Positions 8,870 to 22,003 are shown, numbered from the stretch's first letter. The stretch: 32,000 nucleotides of DNA from Pseudodesulfovibrio mercurii (GCF_000189295.2 NC_016803.1:2520001-2552000); one strand, 5' to 3'. Notes: a model not told the origin generated them from the letters alone. Program-made: numbers and translations.

Positions 8870-8878
8870 TGTGAATAA
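8870..8878 (-). promoter_or_regulatory. Candidate DnaA box (TTATTCACA, 8/9 match to TTATCCACA)
   Basis: tgtgaataa on the + strand, 234 nt upstream of the dnaA start. It is the only 8/9 match I found in the dnaA upstream or dnaA-dnaN spacers; tcaaccaca at 8964-8972 is 7/9. Confidence 0.25.
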
Positions 8879-9006
8879 CCTGTCCGGCGGAGGAAAACTC
8901 CCGTTTTCCCGTGTGTTTTCAACAGGCCTTGCCGAACGGTGGGGAAAGGGCGGCGAGCGACCGTCAACCACAGGAAAAAGTGGCGGAAAAGCTTGGCTTT
9001 CGGCCC

Positions 9007-9092
9007 ATTTTAGGGTATAGAATCACATAAATTTCAGGAGTTTTTTTAGACTCGAATTTTGTTTTTTAAAACCATGTAATTTCAATTGGTTA
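9007..9092. promoter_or_regulatory. AT-rich tract upstream of dnaA: dnaA promoter and/or candidate DNA-unwinding element
   Basis: attttagggtatagaatcacataaatttcaggagtttttttagactcgaattttgttttttaaaaccatgtaatttcaattgg is conspicuously AT-rich in a GC-rich genome. It lies immediately 5' of dnaA. Confidence 0.35.
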
Positions 9093-9111
9093 CAAGCACC
9101 GACATCCCATC

Positions 9112-10410
9112 GTGAAAGAAGCACTTCGGCAACATCTCCTCCAGACCTGCACGGACGAGGAACTCAAGCGCTGGTTCGATCCGCTTTCCTTCGATTACTC
9201 CGAGGAAAACAAGCGGCTGACCGTGGGTTTTCCCCATGCCTTTTTCGCCAAGTGGTTCGAGTCCGACATCCAGGACCGGTTCGAGGCGCAGCTGAACATG
9301 TTCCTGGGCAACGGGTACGTGGTCAGCTACAAGGACAGCGAGACCCAGGACCGGCCGCGCGGCGTGCAGGTGTCCGACGTGGTCAAGCGCATCGACTTCC
9401 CCTTCGGCCAGGAATTCACCTTCGACACCTTTCTGATCAACAAGAAAAACTACTTCCCCATCGCCTCGGCCAAGGAAGTGGCCAAGCAGTCGGGCTCCCT
9501 GTTCAACCCGTTCATCATCTGCGGGCCCGGCGGATCGGGCAAGACCCACCTGCTCAAGTCCGTGGGCAACGAGATCGCCAAGAAGCACGACTATTCGACC
9601 ATCTTCATGGGCTCCCTGGAGGAGCTCAACTCGCTCTATTCCATCCGCTTCAAGGGCGACCCGTTCAAGGCGCGCAACCACCTGTTCGACTACAATTTCC
9701 TGTTCATCGACGACTTCCACAAGATCAAGGAACATCCCCATTTCCAACAGGAACTGGTCAACATCTTCAACCACTTCTACGACAACAAGAAGCAGATGGT
9801 CCTGGCCTGCCGCGAGAAGGTCACCAGCTACGATTTTCTGGACGACAACCTGCAATCCCGGCTCGGCTGGGGGCTGATCGTGACCCTCAAGGAACCGGAC
9901 CTGGAGATCCGCGTGGGCTACATCCAGCGCCAGGCCCGGGCCAAGCGGCTCTCCCTGACCAAGGAGCAGGTCCTGACCCTGGCCCAGCGGTTCACGGACT
10001 TCCGCTATCTGCAGGGCATCCTGCTCAAGCTCTTCGCCTTCAAGGAGCTGGTCAAGCAGGACCTGACCCAGAAGGACTTCGAACACATCCTGGCCAACAC
10101 CGAGGAGAAGACCACCGACGACCTGACGCCCAAGAAGATCCTGAGCGTGGTGGCCGAGCATTTCAGCGTCCACGTCAAGGACCTGACCGGGACCAAGCGA
10201 CACCAGCACATCGCCCACGCCAGGCAGGTGGCCATGTATCTCTGCCGCCAGATGCTGAACACCTCGTACCCGGCTCTGGGGCGGGCGTTCGGCGGCAAGG
10301 ACCACTCCACGGTCCTGTACTCGGTCAAAAAAATCGATCAATTACAGGAAGATGACTTCGAATTGAAACAGCTGTTGAAAACCTTGAAGAATAAATGTCG
10401 CATGTCGTGA
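9112..10410 (+). CDS. dnaA: Chromosomal replication initiator protein DnaA
   Basis: 432 aa, GTG start. Walker A ICGPGGSGKTHLLKS, Walker B FLFIDDFHKI, C-terminal DNA-binding domain KRHQHIAHARQVAMYLCRQM...GGKDHSTVLYSVKKI. Followed by dnaN-gyrB-gyrA. Confidence 0.93.
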   Translation: MKEALRQHLLQTCTDEELKRWFDPLSFDYSEENKRLTVGFPHAFFAKWFESDIQDRFEAQLNMFLGNGYVVSYKDSETQDRPRGVQVSDVVKRIDFPFGQEFTFDTFLINKKNYFPIASAKEVAKQSGSLFNPFIICGPGGSGKTHLLKSVGNEIAKKHDYSTIFMGSLEELNSLYSIRFKGDPFKARNHLFDYNFLFIDDFHKIKEHPHFQQELVNIFNHFYDNKKQMVLACREKVTSYDFLDDNLQSRLGWGLIVTLKEPDLEIRVGYIQRQARAKRLSLTKEQVLTLAQRFTDFRYLQGILLKLFAFKELVKQDLTQKDFEHILANTEEKTTDDLTPKKILSVVAEHFSVHVKDLTGTKRHQHIAHARQVAMYLCRQMLNTSYPALGRAFGGKDHSTVLYSVKKIDQLQEDDFELKQLLKTLKNKCRMS

Positions 10411-10557
10411 TCATTTCGGGAAACGGCCTGTTGAGGCACCGCCGGTTCCTAAATCATGACAATGGGTGTGCTAAAAAAAATTAACGATTACAAGTTCTTG
10501 GTTCCGAAAGGAACAAAGGAACCGCGGTAATAAATCTCAATCAAGGAGATATTTTTT

Positions 10558-11727
10558 ATGTTTCTGAAAGTGAACCGAGATGAAATCATCGAAGGACTCC
10601 AGAAGTCGGCGAACATCATCCCGGCGAAAACCGGAGCGGCCTTCCTGCGGACCATCTGGCTCCAGTGCGAGAACGGGAACCTGAACATCATGAGCACGGA
10701 CTCCAACCTGGAGTTCATGGGTTCCTATCCCGCCGCCCTGGAGGGCGAGGGACTGGCCGGCGTGCAGGGGCGCGCCTTCTACGACCTGGTCAAGCAGCTC
10801 CGCTCCGATCAGGGCGAGCTGACCATCCACACGGATGAGGCCAACCAGAACGTGCTGGTGGAGCAGAAGGCCCGCAAGTACAAGTTCCCGGTGAACGACC
10901 CCGAGTGGTTCCAGAAGTTCTCCACCTTCCCCGAGGACAACACGGTCTACTGGTCCGGCGACTTCCTGCACGAGATCATCGACAAGATTTCCTTCTGCAT
11001 CTCGGACGAGGACTCCATGGAGGCCATCGCCTGCATCTACATGGTCCCGCGCGACAAGGCCGGTAACAAGACCGTGGAGGTCTGCGGCCTGAACGGGCAC
11101 CAGTTCGCCATGCTCAACTTCGTCAACGACGACATCTACGCCATGCTCCCGGAAGAGGGCGTGCTCATCCAGAAGAAGTACCTGGCCGAGCTGAAGAAGT
11201 GGCTGACCGCGGACGAGATCGAGCTGGCCATCTCCAATAAGCGGCTCTTCTTCCGCACCGGGGACAAGCGCGAGACCTTCACCCTGCCGCTGTCCTACTA
11301 CCAGTATCCCAACTACAACAACTTCCTGGCCCGGCTGAACGACGACAACGTCTCCACCCTGGAAGTGAACCGGCTGGACCTGGTGGACGCCCTGTCCCGC
11401 GTGGCCCTGTTCAACACCGACTCCAACCGCTGCGCCTACTTCTCGTTCGACGACAACGAGGTCACGGTTTCGGCCCAGGGCCAGGAGACCGGCACGGCGC
11501 GCGAGTCCATCGACGCGACCTTCACCGGGGACATGACCCGCATCGCCTTCCCGACCCGCAACCTGATCGAGATCCTGAACCACTTCGCCTCGCCAACCGT
11601 GAAGTTCACCCTGACCGGCACCGAGGCGCCGTGCGGCCTGACCGGTCCGGACGACAAGGATTACAATGTGATCGTCATGCCGATGATGATCCAGGAAGAG
11701 ACCTACTATACCGAGGAAAACGCATAA
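10558..11727 (+). CDS. dnaN: DNA polymerase III beta sliding clamp
   Basis: 389 aa. AAGGAG SD. N-terminus MFLKVNRDEIIEGLQKSANIIP and the length are typical of the family. Sits in the canonical position between dnaA and gyrB. Confidence 0.9.
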   Translation: MFLKVNRDEIIEGLQKSANIIPAKTGAAFLRTIWLQCENGNLNIMSTDSNLEFMGSYPAALEGEGLAGVQGRAFYDLVKQLRSDQGELTIHTDEANQNVLVEQKARKYKFPVNDPEWFQKFSTFPEDNTVYWSGDFLHEIIDKISFCISDEDSMEAIACIYMVPRDKAGNKTVEVCGLNGHQFAMLNFVNDDIYAMLPEEGVLIQKKYLAELKKWLTADEIELAISNKRLFFRTGDKRETFTLPLSYYQYPNYNNFLARLNDDNVSTLEVNRLDLVDALSRVALFNTDSNRCAYFSFDDNEVTVSAQGQETGTARESIDATFTGDMTRIAFPTRNLIEILNHFASPTVKFTLTGTEAPCGLTGPDDKDYNVIVMPMMIQEETYYTEENA

Positions 11728-14127
<2,400 letters not shown>

Positions 14128-14133
14128 GTTTTT

Positions 14134-14319
14134 GGGGGAAGAGCGGGGGAACCCTCTTGGGAGAAGGCTTCCCCGACCCCCGGTTTTTCAATCGAACAGG
14201 AACCAACGCCGCCCGGACGTGACGGGGCGAACGCACCATCAACCGGCGGCGACACAAAAAGTTTAGGAGGGTCCGGGGATTCCTTTCAAAAGGGTTCCCC
14301 GGCCGCCGGAGGCATCCCC
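14134..14319. repeat. Intergenic repeat locus C (two inverted modules of the same family) in the gyrB-gyrA spacer
   Basis: Left module 14134-14181 has the palindrome ggaaccctcttgggagaaggcttcc then gaccccc. Right module 14245-14319 reads ggcggcgacacaaaaagtttaggagggtccgg - ggattcctttcaaaagggttcc - ccggccgccggaggcatcccc, the same orientation as copy B. Confidence 0.7.
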
Positions 14320-14356
14320 TCACACGGACCCCGGCATCCTAGGAGGCAAGCAAGGA

Positions 14357-16804
<2,448 letters not shown>

Positions 16805-16809
16805 GGACC

Positions 16810-17634
16810 ATGCGACGCATACTCGTGCTGATACTGCTGGCCGCGACGGTGTTTGCCGTCGCGGCCTGCTCTTCGTCCGGTTCGCCGGGCCGGGAGGACA
16901 TCGAACGGGCGCGCGACTCCTATTCCAAGGGGTTCTACCTCGAGGCGGAAAAGGACTACGAGCGCTACCTTCAGGTGGAGCCCCAGGGCAAGTTCCGCAA
17001 GGAGGCTTGGGACCGTCTGGCCGAGATCGCGGTGTCCATCAAGGGCGACCTGGATCGGGCCGTGGTCCTGCTCGAGGCCATGTATCTCGAACTGGGCGAC
17101 GACCCGGACACGGCCTGGAAGATCATGTTCCAGCTGGGCGAGGTCTATTCCGAACTGGGCAACAATCCCAAGGCCATAGAGTGCTTCGAGAAGTGCCTGA
17201 TCCATGCCCAGGGCAACCCGGAGCACACCTACAAAACCCAGCTGCGCATGGCCCGGCTCTACCGCAACATGGGCAGCTACGACCTGGTGGCCGGCACCCT
17301 GGAAAACTGCGCGGACTCGGCCGCGGACGACGAGGCCAAGGCCAGATGCCTGTATGAGCTGGCCCAGAGCTACACCTTCATCTCCAGCTGGTCCCAGGCG
17401 TCCAAGACCCTGGATTCCCTGCTCAGGCTCAAGCACATCTCGGACGAGACCAGGGCCCTGGCCATCTTCCTCCAGGCGGACATCGCCGAGAACGACCGGG
17501 ACTACGCCAAGACCCGCGAGCTGCTCGAATCCATCCTGCACACCTATCCCAACCCCAAGGTGGTGGAGACCCGGCTGGCCAACCTGCCCGAGGTGGTGCC
17601 CGAGCCCCTGCCCCTGGTGCCGCCCAGGCAGTGA
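16810..17634 (+). CDS. TPR-like repeat lipoprotein
   Basis: Start chosen at ATG 16810 (MRRILVLILLAATVFAVAAC, signal peptide plus lipobox); the track ORF begins at 16603 inside gyrA. Helical repeat composition (EAEKDYERYL, LGEVYSELGNNPKAIECFEKCL, MARLYRNMGSYD). Confidence 0.75.
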   Translation: MRRILVLILLAATVFAVAACSSSGSPGREDIERARDSYSKGFYLEAEKDYERYLQVEPQGKFRKEAWDRLAEIAVSIKGDLDRAVVLLEAMYLELGDDPDTAWKIMFQLGEVYSELGNNPKAIECFEKCLIHAQGNPEHTYKTQLRMARLYRNMGSYDLVAGTLENCADSAADDEAKARCLYELAQSYTFISSWSQASKTLDSLLRLKHISDETRALAIFLQADIAENDRDYAKTRELLESILHTYPNPKVVETRLANLPEVVPEPLPLVPPRQ

Positions 17635-17705
17635 GCCGGGTTCGCGGGGCCGCTCTTTTGGTGTATGACCAGGACGGCGCCCCCACGCAACCTTCGGAGT
17701 GACCC

Positions 17706-18824
17706 GTGAAGATCGCCCTGTGCACCCCGTTCAAAGCGCTGGACAACCCGTCCGTGTCCGGCGACGTGACCATTGCCCGCGACCTGCGCGACGCGCTCGC
17801 TGGCCTGGGCCACGAGGTGGTCCCGGTGCCGTTCTTCCCGGCCAAGGAGATCTGGAAGCGGCCCGCCCGCTGGCTGCCCGCGTACCGGGCCATGGGGCGC
17901 ATGACCGAGGCCGCGCGCGGCTGCGACGCCTGGCTGACCTACGGCTCCTACTACAAGGCCCCGGACATCTTCGGCCCGGTCTGCACGGCCCGGCTGGCCA
18001 TTCCCTACGCCATCTTCCAGGCGAGCTACGCCCTGAACCGGGGCCGGAAATTGGCCACCTGGCCGGGCTTCCGCCTGAACCGGCGGGCCATGCTCCGGGC
18101 GGATCACATCTTCTGCAACCGGGCCAACGACCTGTGCGGCTGCGGCAGGCTGCTGCCCCCGGAGCGCTTTTCCCCGGTCCGGCCCGGCCTGCCCGCAGGC
18201 CTGTTCGCCCGCGACGACACCGCCGGCACCCGGCTGCGCCGGGCCTGGGGCGCGGAGCACGCCCGCGTGGTCCTGAGCGCGGCCATGATGCGCGCCGGGG
18301 TCAAGGCCGAGGGGCTGCGCTGGGTCTTCCGGGCCTGCGCCGATCTGGTCCGGCAGGGGAGGGACGTGGTCCTGGCCGTGGCCGGGGACGGCCCGTGCCG
18401 CCCGGAGCTGGAGGCCGAGGCCCGCGCCCTGCTCGGCGAGCGGGTGCATTTCCTCGGCCTGGTGGAGCGCCGGGAACTGGGCGGCTTTTTCGCGGCGGGC
18501 GACCTGTTCGCCTTCCCCGGTCTCAAGGAGAGCGTGGGCATGGTCTACCTGGAGGCCCAGCGCTGCGGCCTGCCCGTGGTGGCCACGGACGACGAGGGCG
18601 CGCCCATGGTCGTGGCCCACGGCCGCACCGGGCTGATCACCGGGGCGAACATCGAGGATTTCACCCGGGGCGTGGACGAGCTGGTCCGCGACCCCGAACG
18701 GTGCGCGGCCCTGGCGGCCGAAGCGCCCGGATACGTCACCAACGAACACGACGCGCAGCGCAACTACGGCCACGTGGCCGACGTCCTGCGCCATCTGGCC
18801 GAAGCGAGGGCCCGACAATCATGA
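17706..18824 (+). CDS. Glycosyltransferase, GT-B fold (family 4-like)
   Basis: 372 aa, GTG start 6 nt after GGAG. MKIALCTPF...GDVTIARDLRDALAGLGHEV N-domain and VYLEAQRCGLPVVATDDEGAP C-domain motif. Confidence 0.8.
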   Translation: MKIALCTPFKALDNPSVSGDVTIARDLRDALAGLGHEVVPVPFFPAKEIWKRPARWLPAYRAMGRMTEAARGCDAWLTYGSYYKAPDIFGPVCTARLAIPYAIFQASYALNRGRKLATWPGFRLNRRAMLRADHIFCNRANDLCGCGRLLPPERFSPVRPGLPAGLFARDDTAGTRLRRAWGAEHARVVLSAAMMRAGVKAEGLRWVFRACADLVRQGRDVVLAVAGDGPCRPELEAEARALLGERVHFLGLVERRELGGFFAAGDLFAFPGLKESVGMVYLEAQRCGLPVVATDDEGAPMVVAHGRTGLITGANIEDFTRGVDELVRDPERCAALAAEAPGYVTNEHDAQRNYGHVADVLRHLAEARARQS

Positions 18825-19414
18825 CCACCTATTTCTGCATGCGCCACGGCATGACCGAATGGAACCGCGCCTGCCGCATCCAGGGCAACACCGATATCCC
18901 CCTGTGCGACGAGGGCCGCGACATGGCCCGCAAGTGGGGCGAGTCCCTGGCCGGGGAGGGGTTCGACCGCATCCTGACCAGCACGCTCTCCCGCGCCCGG
19001 GAGACGGCCGCCCTGGTCAACGAGGTCCTGGGACTGCCCATGCACGAGGACGAACGCCTCGGCGAGCAGGACTGGGGCGACTGGACCGGCCTGACCAAGA
19101 CTGAACTCAAGGAAAAGCGCAAGGAAGTCCGGCGCGAGGAGCACAAGGGGTTCGGGTTCCGGCCCCTGGGCGGCGAGAGCCGCGACGAGGTGCTCTGCCG
19201 GGCCTGCGACGCGCTCATCGACTTCGCCGCCGAACACCCCGGCGAGTCCGTGCTGGTGGTCACCCACAACGGGGTGCTGCGCTGCCTGGCCCACGCCCTG
19301 TCCGGCTCGGACTTCCTGCCCGGCGACCCCGTGGAATACCTTCCCTACCGGCTGCACCGCATCGAATGCATCGACAACGAGCTCGCCCTGGGCGAGCTGA
19401 ACATGGAGCTCTAA
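18821..19414 (+). CDS. Histidine phosphatase superfamily protein (phosphoglycerate-mutase-like)
   Basis: 197 aa. RHG catalytic motif CMRHGMTEWN and second His in VVTHNGVLR. ATGA start/stop overlap with the upstream glycosyltransferase. Confidence 0.85.
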   Translation: MTTYFCMRHGMTEWNRACRIQGNTDIPLCDEGRDMARKWGESLAGEGFDRILTSTLSRARETAALVNEVLGLPMHEDERLGEQDWGDWTGLTKTELKEKRKEVRREEHKGFGFRPLGGESRDEVLCRACDALIDFAAEHPGESVLVVTHNGVLRCLAHALSGSDFLPGDPVEYLPYRLHRIECIDNELALGELNMEL

Positions 19415-20574
19415 TGCGCATCGTCTTCTACTGCCAGCACGTCCTCGGCGTGGGCCATATGTTCCGGTCCCTGGAAATCGTCAAGGCCTTGAAAAACCAC
19501 GAGGTCATCCTGGTCACAGGCGGGGCCGAGGTGGACTTCGACCCGCCCGCGAACATGACCCGCATCCAGCTGCCCGGCCTGATGATGGACGCCAAGTTCA
19601 CCCGGTTCATCCCCCTGGAGGAGGGGGCCGAGGTGGACGAGGTCCTGGTCCGGCGGCTGCGCCTGTTCAAGGAGATCATGGCCCGGTACCAGCCCGACAT
19701 CTTCATGGTCGAGCTCTTCCCCTTCGGCCGCAAGAAGTTCCGCTTCGAGCTCCTGCCCATCCTCAAGAAGGTCCGCAAGGGCGAGTACGGCCCCTGCCGC
19801 GCGGTCTGCTCCGTGCGCGACATCCTGGTGGAAAAGAACGACATGAAGCGCCAGGTGGAGCGGGTCCACGGCTACCTGAACCCCAACTTCGACCACGTCC
19901 TGGTCCACTCGGACCCCAACCTGGTCCGGTTGGACGAAACCTTTCCCGGCGTGGACGGCATCGTCCCCGAGGTCCACTACACCGGCTACGTGGCCCGCAA
20001 GCCCGATCCGGCCGAGACCGCGCGCCTGGCCGCCGAGCTGAACCTCGGCGACACCCCGCTGGTGGTCGTGTCCGTGGGCGGGGGCCACATCGGCCGCGAC
20101 CTGCTGCGCGGGGCCCTGGCCGCCTCGCCCATCCTGAACGAGACCCACCCCCACCGGCTGGCCGTGTTCACCGGCCCCTATGCCGAGGAGGACGAGTTCG
20201 CCCGCCTCCGGGCCATCGCCGAACAATACCCGCACATCACCCTCAAGCGTTTCACCAAGCGGTTCCTGGCCTACCTGGACCTGGCCCGCCTGTCCGTCTC
20301 GCTCGGCGGGTACAACACCACCATGAACCTCCTGGCCACCAACACCTTCGGGCTCATGTACCCCTTCCTCCAGAACCGCGAACAGAACATGCGCGCCCGG
20401 CGCATCGAGGAAAAGGGCGGACTCAAGGTCATCACCCAGGACGACCTCGGGCCGGAACGCCTCGTCCCGCTCATGCGCGAAGGCCTGGACCGCACGGCCG
20501 CGCCCCTCAACCTCAACCTGGACGGGGCCGCCAACTCCGCCCGCATCCTCGAGGACATCCACGCAGCCATGTAG
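19414..20574 (+). CDS. Putative glycosyltransferase (GT28/COG4671-like GT-B fold)
   Basis: 386 aa from ATG 19414 (TAATG overlap with the phosphatase stop). N-terminal MRIVFYCQHVLGVGHMFRS glycine-rich loop and GGYNTTMNLL in the C-domain. Family assignment is from memory of COG4671-type proteins. Confidence 0.6.
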   Translation: MRIVFYCQHVLGVGHMFRSLEIVKALKNHEVILVTGGAEVDFDPPANMTRIQLPGLMMDAKFTRFIPLEEGAEVDEVLVRRLRLFKEIMARYQPDIFMVELFPFGRKKFRFELLPILKKVRKGEYGPCRAVCSVRDILVEKNDMKRQVERVHGYLNPNFDHVLVHSDPNLVRLDETFPGVDGIVPEVHYTGYVARKPDPAETARLAAELNLGDTPLVVVSVGGGHIGRDLLRGALAASPILNETHPHRLAVFTGPYAEEDEFARLRAIAEQYPHITLKRFTKRFLAYLDLARLSVSLGGYNTTMNLLATNTFGLMYPFLQNREQNMRARRIEEKGGLKVITQDDLGPERLVPLMREGLDRTAAPLNLNLDGAANSARILEDIHAAM

Positions 20575-20643
20575 CCCGGCCACACTTTCCCATCGCCACT
20601 CGCCGCCCGGCAGGGTATACTGCCGCAAAGCAAAGGAGTGCAC

Positions 20644-21408
20644 ATGCTGCTCAAGGACAAGAAAGCCCTCATCTTCGGCGTGGTCAACGACCGCTCCATC
20701 GCCTACGGCATCGCTCGGCAACTCGGGGAACACGGCGCGCGCCTGGCCTTCAGCTACGCCGCCGACCCCATCGAGCACCGCCTGGCCCCTATCTGCGAGG
20801 AGCTCGGCGGCGAGTTCATGTACAAGTGCGACGTCACCTCGGACGACGAGATCGCCTCGGGCGTGGACCTCGTGCGCGACCGCTGGGGCGACGTGGACAT
20901 CCTCGTCCACTCCATCGCCTACGCCAACCGCGAGGACCTCAAGGGCCGGTTCATCGACACCAGCCGCGAAGGCTACAAGGTCGCCCTGGACGTGTCCTCC
21001 TACTCCCTGGTCGCCCTGTGCCGCGCCTTCGAACCCCTGCTCGGGCCCGGCAGTTCCGTCCTGACCATGAGCTACTACGGCTCGGGCAAGGTCGTGGCCA
21101 ACTACAACGCCATGGGCGTGGCCAAGGCCGCCCTCGAAGCCTGCGTGCGCTACCTCGCCGTGGACCTGGGCCAAAACGGCGTGCGCATCAACGCCATCTC
21201 CGCCGGACCCGTCAAGACCATGGCCGCCTCCGGCATCTCCGGCTTCAAGTCCATCCTCGGACGCATCGAGGAAAAAGCCCCCCTGCACCGCAACATCACC
21301 ATCGACGACGTGGGCAAATGCGCCCTGTACCTCGCCTCCGACCTGTCCTCCGGCACCACCGGCGACGTGGTCTTCGTGGACTCGGGCTACAACATCATGG
21401 GCGTGTAA
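20644..21408 (+). CDS. fabI: Enoyl-[acyl-carrier-protein] reductase (NADH), FabI
   Basis: ALIFGVVNDRSIAYGIA nucleotide-binding region and catalytic Y/K context YNAMGVAKAALEA. ATG 20644 lies 5 nt after AAGGAG; the track starts at GTG 20638. Confidence 0.92.
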   Translation: MLLKDKKALIFGVVNDRSIAYGIARQLGEHGARLAFSYAADPIEHRLAPICEELGGEFMYKCDVTSDDEIASGVDLVRDRWGDVDILVHSIAYANREDLKGRFIDTSREGYKVALDVSSYSLVALCRAFEPLLGPGSSVLTMSYYGSGKVVANYNAMGVAKAALEACVRYLAVDLGQNGVRINAISAGPVKTMAASGISGFKSILGRIEEKAPLHRNITIDDVGKCALYLASDLSSGTTGDVVFVDSGYNIMGV

Positions 21409-21411
21409 GCC

Positions 21412-21991
21412 CGTAGGGGGCGAGCGAGCGGCCGAGCGGTGGGAAGAATGCCTCCGGCGGGCCCTCGCCGGGCGGGCGTCTCCGACGGCCAGAGAACCCT
21501 TTGGAAAGGGTTCTCTGGACTCTCCCAAACTTTTTGTGTGCCTTCGGCAGGGGCGTTCGGGTGCGGGAGGTCGTGCGGGGTGTGAGGCATGCGAGAGGTC
21601 GGAGCTCGTTGCGGGGGGATCGGCTGGCGGCGGGCGGCGGTGTCCCGAAGGGTTCGCGCCGAGCGGCCCTCCGGGGCCCGGAGGGCCGCCCGGCGCGAAT
21701 CCTTCGGGACGGTTGCCCAACGCCGCTGGCGATGTCGGCGGAACCCGCCAAAGCGGTTTCGCGGCGTTGGTAAAAGGCGGCGGGGCGGTGTCTTGAGCGA
21801 GCTATTTTTTTATTAAAAAAACACCCCCCGCGACTTCGGGCAGAAAAAACGGCGTGCTTCTTTTGGTGAAGAAGCACGCCGTTTTTTCTGCCCTAAATCG
21901 CATACCGGCACGGCGGGAGGCGTCCCGCGCCAAGCCTCCCGCCGCCGCACGCCCCGAGCGCCCGCCGGAGGCATTACCCGCATCTTCCTCC
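21412..21991 (+). repeat. Composite non-coding repeat element L1 (~0.58 kb) with inverted termini; MITE-like, no transposase
   Basis: Termini are ..gggaagaatgcctccggcgg (21441-21460) and ccgccggaggcattacccgcatcttcc (21962-21988). Inside are the family palindrome agagaaccctttggaaagggttctct, cccaaactttttg, and a 25-bp hairpin. It is colinear with the reverse complement of 29390-30080 in long blocks, with indels. Confidence 0.8.
21838..21893. repeat. Perfect 25-bp-stem hairpin inside element L1
   Basis: gggcagaaaaaacggcgtgcttctt / loop ttggtg / aagaagcacgccgttttttctgccc. A related, interrupted version lies at 29598-29663 in L2. Confidence 0.85.
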
Positions 21992-22003
21992 CGTCGCTCA
22001 TCC

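Noticed and set aside
8831-8880. SRP (4.5S) RNA-like CCGGAAGGAA string
   Set aside because: Only a 10-nt identity to the domain IV consensus. The flanking sequence lacks the AGCAGCC partner and the GNAR-loop hairpin. It fits better as a leader hairpin (cgccggaagga...tcctcccggcg).
8745-8990. SAM riboswitch in the leader of the homocysteine-synthesis gene
   Set aside because: The minus-strand leader contains gggaggatccggtcaagaagctgg, which vaguely recalls the S-box GAGGGA...GGCCC...GAAGCC core. However, the conserved GGCAACC and GTGCCAA elements and the four-helix layout are missing. I found no match to other SAM or SAH classes by eye.
19411-21720. 769-aa minus-strand ORF, and similar long antisense ORFs (498-1700 +, 2956-4239 -, 4335-6056 -, 7159-8574 -, 7560-8852 +, 9082-10341 -, 14339-16276 -, 17544-18818 -, 26120-27220 +, 27145-28143 +, 29903-31297 +)
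   Set aside because: All overlap genes on the opposite strand that carry clear family motifs. All have low-complexity Gly/Arg/Ala/Pro/His-rich translations and lack SD-start contexts, so I treat them as shadow ORFs.
21395-21877. ORFs inside the composite repeats (21395-21877 -, 21501-21773 +, 21536-21796 +, 29318-29647 -, 29748-30048 +), which might be taken for small element-encoded proteins
   Set aside because: Several mutually overlapping frames are open on both strands, and the translations are Arg/Pro/Gly-rich. The two element copies differ by indels that would not preserve any one frame. No transposase-like motif (such as DDE) is visible.
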